A stretch of DNA of 32,156 nt from an uncultured Sphingomonas sp. (GTDB lineage: Bacteria; Acidobacteriota; Terriglobia; Terriglobales; Acidobacteriaceae). Both the position numbers and the translations under genes were made by a program. Below are positions 8,789 through 18,806 of the stretch, piece by piece; the first letter of the stretch is position 1, and every line of letters begins with the position of its first letter. The notes below the pieces were generated by a model. It saw nothing but the letters and a program-made list of their open reading frames with translations. It was not told the origin of the DNA and ran no database searches. Location: NCBI GenBank assembly GCA_964658405.1, contig CAZZZQ010000002.1, positions 1 through 32,156 of the forward strand, read 5' to 3'.

Positions 8789-9484
8789 TCAATTGACCTT
8801 CTGGTGCGGGTTTGCAAAATGGAAGAGAGCGGTCGCACGCACCTTGTCGGCGTCGCACGGTTCATTCGTGTGGATGGAGCGATAGCCCCAGAAGAAGTAC
8901 AGATGTCCAGGCAGCATCTTGATGCGGATGGGGCTAAAGCGCTTCGACCTGACCGAGGCACGCAGGAGTCGCTGTGAGAGCGGGTTATCCAGCAGCACCT
9001 TGTCGATCGCGTTGAAGAGATAGTTCTTCCGCACGGTACGAGTATTTGGATACATCAGCAGGTCCCCGGCCATGCCTGCGTCCGGAATCTTGATCGGAAC
9101 CAGCGCCGTCACAACGTACGAATCGTAGTGGAAGATCATCGAATTCTTCTGCCCCGAGCTTCCGGAGAGGCAGCGGAGGACCTGGTAGAACTTCTGCTCA
9201 GGCGCCTTCTTGCCCGTGCTTCGCTCATAGAGATCGTAGAGAATGTTCTTGAACTTCGGGGCGCGTGCGAGCTCTTCAAGGCCTGAGCCGTTCACCTCGT
9301 CCGGACCGTTAAAGTGCACGTACTCGTTTCCGGATCGTTCGACCGCTGACATGACGAACGACTGCATCCGCGCCAGATCCTCTGATTGAAGATAGTTCGG
9401 AATATATCCATAGCCCTTGTTATTCAAATCAACGATCAGCTGGTCGATTTGACCTTTCGATACCTCTGGTAAGTAGAGCTCCAT
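8789..9484 (-). CDS. Hypothetical protein, 2OG-Fe(II) oxygenase-like
   Basis: GYGYIPNYL N-terminal motif, FHYDS (HxD), GDL..YP, YRSIH and RATALFHF. Start placed at ATG 9484 after AAAGGA; the track start is 9604. Confidence 0.65.
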   Translation of the reverse strand: MELYLPEVSKGQIDQLIVDLNNKGYGYIPNYLQSEDLARMQSFVMSAVERSGNEYVHFNGPDEVNGSGLEELARAPKFKNILYDLYERSTGKKAPEQKFYQVLRCLSGSSGQKNSMIFHYDSYVVTALVPIKIPDAGMAGDLLMYPNTRTVRKNYLFNAIDKVLLDNPLSQRLLRASVRSKRFSPIRIKMLPGHLYFFWGYRSIHTNEPCDADKVRATALFHFANPHQKVN

Positions 9485-9635
9485 GGCAGTGAATTCCTTT
9501 CCTGTGAGTAGCAAGTGAATCTTTTCAGTGACCGGCGCAACGGAGACGCTCGACCAGGATGAGTTACTACTCGAACCCGTTTCAAACTCTGCAGCTTTTC
9601 CCATGGACAGCTTCGCTACAGACAGCTGCCAGGAT

Positions 9636-11093
9636 TCAATACGCCCCTTCAGACATGAAGATCGTTTTCAAGGTGCGCAGAAGAATATAGATATCAAGCG
9701 ATACGGACCAGTTCTGAACGTAGTAATCATCGAGCCTCTTTCTCATGTCGTAGGTCGTGTTATTTCGTCCGCTGATCTGCCAGAGTCCCGTAACCCCCGG
9801 TGTGACCCGCTGGTACTGGCGATAGACTGTGCCGTATTTTTCAATCTCAGACTGGACAATCGGCCGTGGACCAACCAGGCTCATCTCCCCGCACAAAACA
9901 TTCCACAGCTGGGGGAGTTCATCCAGGCTTGTCTTTCTAAGAATCCTGCCAATGCGGGTAATGCGAGGGTCACGCTTCAGCTTCTGATCGCGACTCCACT
10001 CTGCCTGGAGTTCGGGGTCTGCTTCAAGATGGCTTCGCAGCACCTTGTCGGCGTCCAGCACCATCGACCGAAACTTCAGCAGCCGGAAGGAGACCTCGTT
10101 GCGCCCGATCCGCGACTGTACATAAAAGGCGGGCCCGGGTGAGGTGAACTTTACCAGCAGATAGAGGACGAGGAAGAGCGGAAGCAGAATGATGGCGCCG
10201 ACCCCCGAAACCAGCATGTCGAAGCCTCGCTTCACAAGCTGCGGCATGAGGAAGGTGAGCTTTTGATCGACCTCCAGCGCGAGCACACCGCAGATGTCTT
10301 TCGCAGAGACCGAGATACTCCGCATGCCGAACAGGTCCGGGATAATCAGGACGTTCCGATACATACTGGCGCATTCGTTGAAGGTTGTCCGCACACGCTC
10401 CGACCCGGACTTCGGCATGGCGAGGACAGCGTAGCAATTCCGATGATCCCCTGCGATGGCAGGAGCATCGATGAGATCTCCGAAGAGCACGTCGCCTTTT
10501 GGCCGAAGCCGCAAAGGCACGTTATGACTATCCGCAACCAGCAAGGCGACAGGTCGCAGTCCAATCCGTGCATGTCCTTCCAGCAGCTCGAGCATCATGC
10601 CGCTGGCCTCCGCCTCCCCCAGGATGACCGTCGGAATTCCCCACCACGATTGCTCCGCCGCCCAGCCCCGCAGGAGCCGGCGGCTCGCCGGAACAAACAG
10701 AATGGTCAGGGTCCAGGCCATCACGAAGACGATGCGCGAGGCGTAGAAGCCCTCCCTCAGAAAGACCGTCGCACCAATAAGAAGCAGGAATCCAATGCTG
10801 GACGAGCGAAGGATCAGACGAAACTCTTCAATCGGATTGATCGCGATTCCCGGATACAGGCCTGTCCATGCATAGACAAGAAAGAAGATGAGAATTCCAG
10901 GTAAAAAGGTGAGCCAGTCCGAGGGGGAGAACTGCGCATGAAACAGATACCGAACCACGACCGCAATTCCGCCAGCACTAATCAACGCCAGCAGGTCTGC
11001 GAAGACGATCGTACCAAGCGTGAGGTAGCGATGCAGGGTACGATTCCCCAGCGTTGACGCGGACTGTAACGGATGGGTTGTTGCTGTACTCAT
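9636..11093 (-). CDS. wbaP: Undecaprenyl-phosphate hexose-1-phosphate transferase (WbaP/WcaJ family priming transferase)
   Basis: N-terminal TM helices; [53 protein letters not shown]. Start at 11093 after GAGGA. Confidence 0.93.
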   Translation of the reverse strand: MSTATTHPLQSASTLGNRTLHRYLTLGTIVFADLLALISAGGIAVVVRYLFHAQFSPSDWLTFLPGILIFFLVYAWTGLYPGIAINPIEEFRLILRSSSIGFLLLIGATVFLREGFYASRIVFVMAWTLTILFVPASRRLLRGWAAEQSWWGIPTVILGEAEASGMMLELLEGHARIGLRPVALLVADSHNVPLRLRPKGDVLFGDLIDAPAIAGDHRNCYAVLAMPKSGSERVRTTFNECASMYRNVLIIPDLFGMRSISVSAKDICGVLALEVDQKLTFLMPQLVKRGFDMLVSGVGAIILLPLFLVLYLLVKFTSPGPAFYVQSRIGRNEVSFRLLKFRSMVLDADKVLRSHLEADPELQAEWSRDQKLKRDPRITRIGRILRKTSLDELPQLWNVLCGEMSLVGPRPIVQSEIEKYGTVYRQYQRVTPGVTGLWQISGRNNTTYDMRKRLDDYYVQNWSVSLDIYILLRTLKTIFMSEGAY

Positions 11094-11168
11094 AGTGCTG
11101 ATCCTCACAAGGGCCCAACCATCGGAGCTTTGATCAACGGAAACCAACAGAGGAGCTACCGGGCGAAC

Positions 11169-13484
11169 TTACTCAATCGCCGACACCAGAACAGGCGATG
11201 CTGCGAGCTCCGGAATAGAGAAGGTGCCAAGACTAGTTCGCATCAGGATCTGCTCGAACTTGTCCAGAAAGATCGCTTCAGAGAATTGTGCGGCCCGCTG
11301 ACGAAGCCTTTCGTCGATGAACAGATGGCTCTTCGCTTCAAAGTCCAGCATGGCGCTCATCAGCCCTGCAACCGTCTCTTCGGTATAGAAGACCGCCGTA
11401 TCTTCTGTCATCGAATCCAGAACGCCCCCAACACCCAGGGCGATCACCGGGCATCCGCAGGCAACTGCTTCGAGGGGCACGATTCCGAAGTCTTCGACGC
11501 CTGGGAAGAGAAGTGCTCTCGCCTGGCGATAGTAGTCTGCAAGCGCGGCGTCGGATGCAAATCCGATAAACTCCAGTTCCGCGCCGAGCTCGAACGCGAG
11601 GGCCTTGAGGGCAGCCAGCTCCGGTCCTCGCCCAACTACCCTGAGACATCGGCCCAATTCGCTGCAGGCGCGAATCGCCTGATCCACACGTTTATATGGG
11701 ACGAGTGCAGAGACAACGAGATACCACTCCTGCGGGTCGCGAATCGCTTGCAGATACCGTTCCGTATCGACCGGCGGAGGAAGCACCTCCGACTCTCTGC
11801 CGTAGATTCGCTGGACACGATCAGCAACGTAGGTCGAGTTTGCGAGGAACAGGTCGACGCGTCGAACAGTGGCCCGATCGTAGATCTGAAGCAGCCAGGT
11901 CAGAGGCCGGAAGAGCAATCTCGACGCCGCCCAGCCGACCCGCTCCGGACCGAAGTACGCATCGAACATATCCCACGCATACCGCATGGGCGTGTGGATG
12001 TAGCAGATGTGATAAGGCCGCCTTGCCGCCCCACGACTCACCATGGACTTGGCCACCGCATGTGAGGTCGAGATGACAAGGTCTGCATCCTTCGTCTTAT
12101 TCATCTCCGCGAAGAACGGGAAGAAAGGCAGATAGTTTCGATACTTCGTCGGCGCATGCGGCATCCACTGGAGCGGGCTTACATGAATCGTACGGTCGGA
12201 GATAGCCTTACTGACACTCCCGGGAACGTAGAGCAAGGTAGTGAGCGGTGCGTTCGGGAATCTGCGGCACAGCGATTCCAGGACCTTCTCCCCACCTCGC
12301 ATGCCGGTCAGCCAATCGTGCACAAGCGCGACCCGCATCTCTTTTTCTACAGGAACAAAGCTTGGTTCAGCTTTTTGACGGACACGCGTAGAGAGGTTGC
12401 GCGACGACAAGGAGCCTGCAATCGAAACCACTCCTTCAAGAACCGCTTTCGTCTCCCGTGCTGCCTTGTCCCACGTAAACTCTCTTGCCCTGTCCATCCC
12501 CGGGACGAAGGGCTCCTGCAGGGCGCTTCGCTGCCTGAGGCGAACAAGCATCTGGTCTGCAAGCTCCTGCACACTCAGCGGATCGATGTAATCTACGACG
12601 TCGCCACCTACCTCGGGCAACGACGACGTGTTCGAGGTGATGCACCGCACCCCGCAAGCCATTGCCTCCAGCAAGGGCAGGCCAAAACCCTCAGCCAACG
12701 AAGGAAAGACAAACAGCGAAGCCCCGGAGTAGAGGCCGCGCAGATGTTCTTCCGGGACATAACCAGTAAAACGCACCCGTGGCAGGTGCATATTCAAACT
12801 CTGTACGCCGTACACATTTTCGTCGACACGCGGACCCGCGAGCACCAGCCAGGTGTCTTCTGGAATCTGTGTGCATACGTGCGACCAAGCTTCAAGAACG
12901 GCACGAAGATTCTTGCGACTCTCCTGCGAGGAGAGGCTGAGCACGTAGCGAGGGGTTGGAACGCCAAGCGCAATCCGTGCCTCCTGAATCTCCTGGTCCG
13001 TCGCGCGCTTCCATCCTTCGGCCAACCCATTGTGGACGACGGTGACGGAGTCAGGATCCCGTCCCATCAACTTGACCAGGCGCGACTTCGTGTACTCCGA
13101 TACTGCAATCAGGTGGAGTGCCTGCGAAGCGAGTTGCCGCATGGAGATGCCGTACCACTTGGCATAGGCCGTCCCATACCACTCCGGATGCTCGACCGGA
13201 AAGAGATCATGAAAGGTCGTAACCTGTCGTCCGTAGGTCACAGGCCCGGATCCGCAGGGATTCCAGAGAAGCCGCCCGGAACTTCGATAGCGCAACACAG
13301 TCTGTTCCCAGAGGTGGCCCATGCCTCCCTTGCCGCTCTCCGGAGAGCAAACCTCCACTCGTTCTCCCAGGCGGGAGACAATCTCCCTGGCATAGCGCTG
13401 CACACCGGTCACCTGGTGGACTCGATAGCGGCCGTTCACAAGGATAGGCACGTCAGGGCGCCCCTCGTTCAATAGATTGGGCAT
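11169..13484 (-). CDS. Tandem two-domain GT4 glycosyltransferase
   Basis: 771 aa. Domain 1: TGVQRY...FPSLAEGFGLPLLEAMACG. Domain 2 starts MRVALVHDWLTGMRGGEKVLE and has EDFGIVPLEAVACG. Confidence 0.92.
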   Translation of the reverse strand: MPNLLNEGRPDVPILVNGRYRVHQVTGVQRYAREIVSRLGERVEVCSPESGKGGMGHLWEQTVLRYRSSGRLLWNPCGSGPVTYGRQVTTFHDLFPVEHPEWYGTAYAKWYGISMRQLASQALHLIAVSEYTKSRLVKLMGRDPDSVTVVHNGLAEGWKRATDQEIQEARIALGVPTPRYVLSLSSQESRKNLRAVLEAWSHVCTQIPEDTWLVLAGPRVDENVYGVQSLNMHLPRVRFTGYVPEEHLRGLYSGASLFVFPSLAEGFGLPLLEAMACGVRCITSNTSSLPEVGGDVVDYIDPLSVQELADQMLVRLRQRSALQEPFVPGMDRAREFTWDKAARETKAVLEGVVSIAGSLSSRNLSTRVRQKAEPSFVPVEKEMRVALVHDWLTGMRGGEKVLESLCRRFPNAPLTTLLYVPGSVSKAISDRTIHVSPLQWMPHAPTKYRNYLPFFPFFAEMNKTKDADLVISTSHAVAKSMVSRGAARRPYHICYIHTPMRYAWDMFDAYFGPERVGWAASRLLFRPLTWLLQIYDRATVRRVDLFLANSTYVADRVQRIYGRESEVLPPPVDTERYLQAIRDPQEWYLVVSALVPYKRVDQAIRACSELGRCLRVVGRGPELAALKALAFELGAELEFIGFASDAALADYYRQARALLFPGVEDFGIVPLEAVACGCPVIALGVGGVLDSMTEDTAVFYTEETVAGLMSAMLDFEAKSHLFIDERLRQRAAQFSEAIFLDKFEQILMRTSLGTFSIPELAASPVLVSAIE

Positions 13485-13694
13485 GGGTTCCTCGATTCGT
13501 AGCGGGGCCGTACGGCGTCGGAGCTTTGCAGTCTTGCCGCTCGATCAGAAAGGGAAGGCTTCAGGCAGGCGGTGGGGAGACCAGGATAAGCACCGGTTCA
13601 CCTGTAGCCCAACTTTTAGAAGTGTTCTAATCGTTGCGGCATGGGCCTTCCCAGTAGCACCTTCAGAGGGTGACCTGGATACTGCGAAATTCTT

Positions 13695-14222
13695 CTAGTC
13701 GAGAACGCGGACCTTCGTGTCTCGCACATCGACGCTGACAGACTGAAAGATGCTGTTTACGGATAGCACAACACGGGATCGGTCGCCCGCCTCCGTCAAC
13801 ATGCCGACGAGTCCGGCAAGTGGGCCGGTTTCGATCATGACACGCTGTCCAATCGAAAACTGGTGACAGGGCACGCAGTCCGCTGTCACGCCCGCACATA
13901 GCGCTTCAATCATGGCGAGGTCGTCGGATGGAAGCGGTGCCAGATCCTTCCCTGTCTTCAGCATGTAGCTCACGCCGCGGGTTGAAAGCAGAGGCAACAA
14001 TTGACCATCCTCTACGCGTACGAACACATACCCGGCGAAGAGAGCACGTGTCCCCTGCTTGACACGGTCCGAATACTGCTTGCGTTCCTGCATGATGGGA
14101 AGCAATACATTCAAGCCTTTCTGGCGCAGCATGCCGGCTACCGTAGCCTCACCGGCAGCCCGAACCTTCACGGCATAGAAGCCGTCTTCCGCCCCGCCCA
14201 TCGTCGATTGCATGCTGACCAT
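13695..14222 (-). CDS. NusG-paralog transcription antiterminator (RfaH/UpxY/LoaP-like)
   Basis: NGN domain (FYAVKV...GE, LFAGYVFV) plus KOW (GQRVMIETGPLAGLVG); located within a polysaccharide operon. Confidence 0.88.
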   Translation of the reverse strand: MVSMQSTMGGAEDGFYAVKVRAAGEATVAGMLRQKGLNVLLPIMQERKQYSDRVKQGTRALFAGYVFVRVEDGQLLPLLSTRGVSYMLKTGKDLAPLPSDDLAMIEALCAGVTADCVPCHQFSIGQRVMIETGPLAGLVGMLTEAGDRSRVVLSVNSIFQSVSVDVRDTKVRVLD

Positions 14223-14273
14223 GTCTGCCTCCCTTGGTGGTGCCCACTAAATCTTCCTGAAGCTACGTCCGCT

Positions 14274-15452
14274 CTACACTGCCCTTGACTCAATCACTGC
14301 GAACCGCTCCTTGAATCGGAGGAACCATGACTCGAAGTAGCGGTATGAAGCCCATGCAAATCCGACCGACAAGGTGAAGCCAAGAACAACATGAGCTACC
14401 CCGAAGAGCACATGGCTGGTACTTCCAACAATGACTTGTGCCCATCGTAGAAACCGCTCGGCAAGCTCCAGGCTGAACTCATGGAAGACATAGAGTCCGT
14501 AAGAGATCTTGCCGAGGTACACCAGGCGCGACGGCAACAACTCTTTTTTCAGCCCGTAGACCGAGAAGAAGATCGTTACGCAGCCCAGCCCGACGATGTA
14601 GTAGCCAATGACTGGTCCGAATGGACCCTGCGGTCCAAAACTATTGATCCCCGTCCACCGGGATGCTCCGAGCCAGAGGGCCACGCCGGCAATCAATAAG
14701 GCGAGTCTGCGTCCAAGCGCAAGCTTCGGAATTCTTCCTCGCAACCAGAGGGATACGAGGACGCCGAAGCCGAAGAACTGAAACTCAACAAGACTGTTCG
14801 TCCATATGCCGGTCGTCGCAGAGGCACCGAATCGCCACAGCACAATTGCAGCTGCGCCTCCGATCGGGAAGGTAGCGAGCGCCACGAAAGCGAGTGTTCG
14901 CCGGCTGCAATGTTTATTCATCAGAGGCCAGAAGAGATAGAACTGCTCCTCCACCGAGATGCTCCAAAGGAACGACGCGGGATTATTCGGAAAGCCGTAA
15001 CGCCCAATATAGGAGTTACCCACCAGCAGCATGAAACAGAGCATCATCCCTATCGGAGCTTTATAAGTCGGGATGACCCATGCCAGCCATACAGTGAAGA
15101 GAAGAAACGTGAAGTAAAGGGGCCAGATGCGAAGTCCGCGTCGGATATAAAAATCACGAATCGCGATGCTGCCAGTCGCCTGCTTCTCTTTTTGGAGTAG
15201 CTCGGTGATCAGGAATGCGCTCAAAAAAAAGAACAGGCTGAGTCCATAGGCCCCACAGCGCGAGAAGAGCGGAACCAGTGCATACATACTGTGGTGCATG
15301 AATACCGCTAAGAACGCGAAAAAACGCAGGGCATCAAGCTCAGGCTGATAGAACCGTTTGGCACCGGGAGCGCTGGTAGCAGGCGCTTTTGCAGAGGCTT
15401 GGGCCGAGTGAGCTTTTGCTACGAGCAAGAGTGAAGTCGGGGGCATGGACAT
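14274..15452 (-). CDS. Acyltransferase family 3 (OafA-like O-acyltransferase)
   Basis: LDALRFFA...V..HH, FF.LS.FLI, FYIRR.LRIWP.Y, WSISVEEQFY, LGKISYGLYVFH, SY.YFE. Confidence 0.9.
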   Translation of the reverse strand: MSMPPTSLLLVAKAHSAQASAKAPATSAPGAKRFYQPELDALRFFAFLAVFMHHSMYALVPLFSRCGAYGLSLFFFLSAFLITELLQKEKQATGSIAIRDFYIRRGLRIWPLYFTFLLFTVWLAWVIPTYKAPIGMMLCFMLLVGNSYIGRYGFPNNPASFLWSISVEEQFYLFWPLMNKHCSRRTLAFVALATFPIGGAAAIVLWRFGASATTGIWTNSLVEFQFFGFGVLVSLWLRGRIPKLALGRRLALLIAGVALWLGASRWTGINSFGPQGPFGPVIGYYIVGLGCVTIFFSVYGLKKELLPSRLVYLGKISYGLYVFHEFSLELAERFLRWAQVIVGSTSHVLFGVAHVVLGFTLSVGFAWASYRYFESWFLRFKERFAVIESRAV

Positions 15453-15503
15453 CCTCTTTCGTGGTAGTCATAAAGCCGGGTCACAACCGGTGTAGAGGCT
15501 GAT

Positions 15504-17702
15504 TCAGGCCGATTTGGAAGAGATTTCTAACGTCTTGCGGTAGTAGGTCTGATAAGGCTTGTAGACGGGACTCATCGTCTCTCGCACCTGGTTGAGAACA
15601 ATGCCGACCACGTTCACCCTGAGCCTTTGCAGAATTGCCAGCACTCCGCTGACTGCCTGCTGCCGGGTCTCTGCGGCCCGGCTCACGATCAACACTCCAT
15701 CAACCAGGCAGGCAATCTGCACGGGCTCTGCGAAACAGAGCATCGGCGGCGCGTCGATAAACACCATGTCGTAGTCCTTGCGCGCCTGCTCGAGAATCTG
15801 CTCGATCTTGATCCCGACGAGATTAAGCGGCGGGTGCTCGCAACGACCCGCTGTGATGACGTCCAGATTCGCAACGCCGACAACGGACTGAGTTACTTCG
15901 TTCAACGGCTTCCCCTCCAGGATTGCAGTCGACAGGCCCATCGCTCCATCGAGGCGGAAATATTCGTGAAGCGAGGGTCGCCGCAGATCTGCATCGATCA
16001 GCAGCGTACGAAAGCCTCTGCGCGCATGCGCTACTGCCATATGGCTTACGCAGGACGACTTCCCTTCGCCGGGTGCTGCACTTGTCACAAGCAGCGACCG
16101 CATCGGATGCCCGCGGCGTTCAAGCAGCATGCAGCTCAGAAGTGTGGAAATTGCCTCACTGTAAAAGATCTCGCTGCTGAACCAGTCATCCTTTCCAGTG
16201 ACCAGTTCCATGCGACCATGGCTGTTCGGGTCGATGATCGGCGACAGTCCCTTGAAGTTTGTGACACACGGGAGAATGCCTATGACTGGCATGCCAATCA
16301 CCGACTGCGCCTGCATCGGATCGCGCAGCGTCTTGTCCAGCATGTCGATCATCAGGATGGCGATGAGCGTGAGGATCGTCGACGTCAGCAAGCCAAGAAA
16401 CGCAAAGACGGTGCGGTTCGGAAACACAGGATGCAACTGGGGCCGGGCCTCATCTGCGATCCGAATGCCCTCACCCTGGTAGCCCCCGTTGATGCCGGCC
16501 TCCTGCACCTTGCGAAACAGCTCGCTGTAGAGATGCTTGTCCTCTTCCGCCTCATCCTTCAGCTGTCGATAGCGGAAGGCCTGGGCGCTGAGCGAGTCCA
16601 ACTCTCCCTTCGACTGCATGAGCTCCCGGTGCAGCATGCCCTCGCGATTCTTTGCCTTTTCAAACTCGACCTGCATCCTCTGGCCGACCTCGGTGGTCAC
16701 TGACTTGTACTGGCGCGTGACTTCATTCAGCTCATTCTCCGCGCGTTTGTACTCCGAATATCCCGGGCCGTAGACGGTCTTTGCGACAGCCATCCTTTGC
16801 TCGGCCAGGTGGACAGCATCCTCCAACTTGCCGAGACTCGCAGCCTGCGGCGATGCACTGACCGCACCCAGGGCGCCCGACTGGAGAGCTTGATAGTCAA
16901 CCTCGTTACGAATTCGCTCGTTCTCTGCCTCGGTATACTCCGTGTTCAGCTGTTGAAGCCGCGCGGAGAGCATGCTTGTCTTCTCATCCGGATTGATCAC
17001 GCCGAGCTGGCGCTCATACCCTGCAAGCGCTCCCTCTGAATCATTCATCTTTCGCTTCAATTTACTCAGCTGCTTCTCCATAAACTGAGACTGCTCAATG
17101 GAGGCTTCACTGCGCATCTCCATCCCATGCGTCATGTAGGAGTGCACCACCGCGTTTGCGATGGCCGCAGCCTGCACCGGGTCTGCGGAACGATAGGACA
17201 CATTCATCAGCAGGCTGTTCGCGGGGTGGAGCACCGTCAGACCACCCAGCGATACCGACGCGTCGCCGGGCTTGACTCCTGCAGGCAGCTTCGCCGTTGA
17301 CTTCAGATCGGCCAGGTGGAACTGTTCCACGACGGGCCGCAGCACACCATCGGACTGGATAAGCTGGATCTCGGTATTGAAGAGCTGATCGACGTCCGCA
17401 GCACCAGTGGGAGCATTGGCAGCTCCAATCACCGTCGACGTCGCTCGCATATCCATTGCGATCCGGGCCGTCGCCTCATACATCGGCTGCAGCTTGTACG
17501 AGAGGGCCACAGACAATGAGGTACATCCTGCAACGATCATCAGAATCATCCATCGATGCCGCTTGATCAACCAGAAGTAGTGGCTGAAATCGAAGACCGG
17601 CTCAGTGACAGGGCCACTGCCGCGAGCCTCGCTCTGCGCCATCTCGCGAACCTCATAAGGCAGACCTGGAAGTCTCATTTCGGCAGTCATCGTTTGCGTC
17701 AT
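15504..17702 (-). CDS. wzc: Polysaccharide co-polymerase / BY-kinase (Wzc/GumC)
   Basis: Two TM segments flank a coiled coil; Walker A PGEGKS, LLIDADLRRP, FIDAPP; C-terminal Tyr cluster YKPYQTYY. Confidence 0.92.
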   Translation of the reverse strand: MTQTMTAEMRLPGLPYEVREMAQSEARGSGPVTEPVFDFSHYFWLIKRHRWMILMIVAGCTSLSVALSYKLQPMYEATARIAMDMRATSTVIGAANAPTGAADVDQLFNTEIQLIQSDGVLRPVVEQFHLADLKSTAKLPAGVKPGDASVSLGGLTVLHPANSLLMNVSYRSADPVQAAAIANAVVHSYMTHGMEMRSEASIEQSQFMEKQLSKLKRKMNDSEGALAGYERQLGVINPDEKTSMLSARLQQLNTEYTEAENERIRNEVDYQALQSGALGAVSASPQAASLGKLEDAVHLAEQRMAVAKTVYGPGYSEYKRAENELNEVTRQYKSVTTEVGQRMQVEFEKAKNREGMLHRELMQSKGELDSLSAQAFRYRQLKDEAEEDKHLYSELFRKVQEAGINGGYQGEGIRIADEARPQLHPVFPNRTVFAFLGLLTSTILTLIAILMIDMLDKTLRDPMQAQSVIGMPVIGILPCVTNFKGLSPIIDPNSHGRMELVTGKDDWFSSEIFYSEAISTLLSCMLLERRGHPMRSLLVTSAAPGEGKSSCVSHMAVAHARRGFRTLLIDADLRRPSLHEYFRLDGAMGLSTAILEGKPLNEVTQSVVGVANLDVITAGRCEHPPLNLVGIKIEQILEQARKDYDMVFIDAPPMLCFAEPVQIACLVDGVLIVSRAAETRQQAVSGVLAILQRLRVNVVGIVLNQVRETMSPVYKPYQTYYRKTLEISSKSA

Positions 17703-17787
17703 CAGTGTGTTCTCCGGAAAGCTGCGATCGTGGTCTTCGCCACGTCATTCAGGCTGGCTTCCCTTGCTTGCCTTACTGTCAAAGTCG

Positions 17788-18786
17788 TTACTTGTAGATC
17801 AAGAGGCCCGTGCCTGCCGTCTGGCCGAAGCCAGCAAGCTGACTGAGAATTCTGCTCGTCATTCGCCGACCGCCGGCATCGGGCACATAGAGAATGTCGT
17901 CGGCCTTCAAAGCAATGTCAGTGGTCTTGCGCGACATGATGCTGCTCAACGGCACGACGAGCTCATCACGATCGGTGCCAGCCGCACGTCGACGATAGAT
18001 ATATGCCGTATGGGAACTGAAACTCTCGAGCCCCTGGCTCAAAGCGATGGCCTTCATCACCGTTGTATCTGCATCGCCCTGCATGGAATACATCCCGGGA
18101 TGACGCACGTTCCCAGTGACAAAGATCTTGCTCGCCTCTGGAACCCGGACCTCTTCACCGCCGTGCAGTTCAACGTTGAACTTTGGGTCTGCATCGTCGA
18201 GCAGACCGCGTACCGGAATCACCCGGATCCTGTCTGGTGCGCCTGCAACGTGCTCTGCAAGAACGATGTTGCCACCAGCCACCGGGCTTACGCCTCCAGC
18301 CTTGGCCAGCGCATCCAGCAGCGTGGTGCGGCCCGTCGCCTGGAACGTCAAGGGGTGCATCACCGCACCGACGACACTCACCGGTCTGCTGCGATACTCC
18401 AGCACCGACACGCTCACGGTTGCATCGACGAGGATGTGCTCCCGCTCCAACTCCTTCTGGAGCGCCTCCGCCAGCTCGTCCGGCTTCATTCCAGCCACCA
18501 CTAATTTGCGCGAGAGCAGAGGCAACGAAAGTCTTCCGTCTGAACTGACGCGGAAGGTCCTGTTCAGCTCTACGCAGTACGGCACAGTGAGTTCGATCAG
18601 GTCATCCGGACCCAGAGCCTCCGCAGGCAGCACGTCCACCGTCGCCTTGCCCGCACCGAAGGCGACGGGTGCATCTGCATTGCCGCCCGGCATCTGGGAT
18701 GTCAGTACAGCGGGGGAAGATCCCCACAGCACCATAACGACGAGCAATGCATTGCGACGCTTAAGACGACCAGGCATCAGTTTCAT
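17788..18786 (-). CDS. wza: Polysaccharide export protein (Wza/OPX, Poly_export plus SLBB domains)
   Basis: Signal peptide; LGPDDLI, V..DG.LSLPL, V.V.GAV..P, V.GNV..PG.Y, L...DILYVP. Start at 18786 or 18777; the track start is 18936. Confidence 0.88.
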   Translation of the reverse strand: MKLMPGRLKRRNALLVVMVLWGSSPAVLTSQMPGGNADAPVAFGAGKATVDVLPAEALGPDDLIELTVPYCVELNRTFRVSSDGRLSLPLLSRKLVVAGMKPDELAEALQKELEREHILVDATVSVSVLEYRSRPVSVVGAVMHPLTFQATGRTTLLDALAKAGGVSPVAGGNIVLAEHVAGAPDRIRVIPVRGLLDDADPKFNVELHGGEEVRVPEASKIFVTGNVRHPGMYSMQGDADTTVMKAIALSQGLESFSSHTAYIYRRRAAGTDRDELVVPLSSIMSRKTTDIALKADDILYVPDAGGRRMTSRILSQLAGFGQTAGTGLLIYK

Positions 18787-18806
18787 TTCCTTCCTGCCAG
18801 CGCGTA

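Noticed and set aside
11073-13475. Long plus-strand ORFs 11073-12065 (330 aa) and 12156-13475 (439 aa)
   Set aside because: Antisense to the GT4-GT4 gene with no recognisable motifs; long antisense frames are common in GC-rich DNA.
13568-13576. GGCGGTGGG, resembling the RfaH ops core
   Set aside because: Imperfect match and on the plus strand, whereas ops must be on the non-template (here minus) strand.
15627-16703. 358-aa plus-strand ORF
   Set aside because: Antisense shadow of wzc with no motif support.
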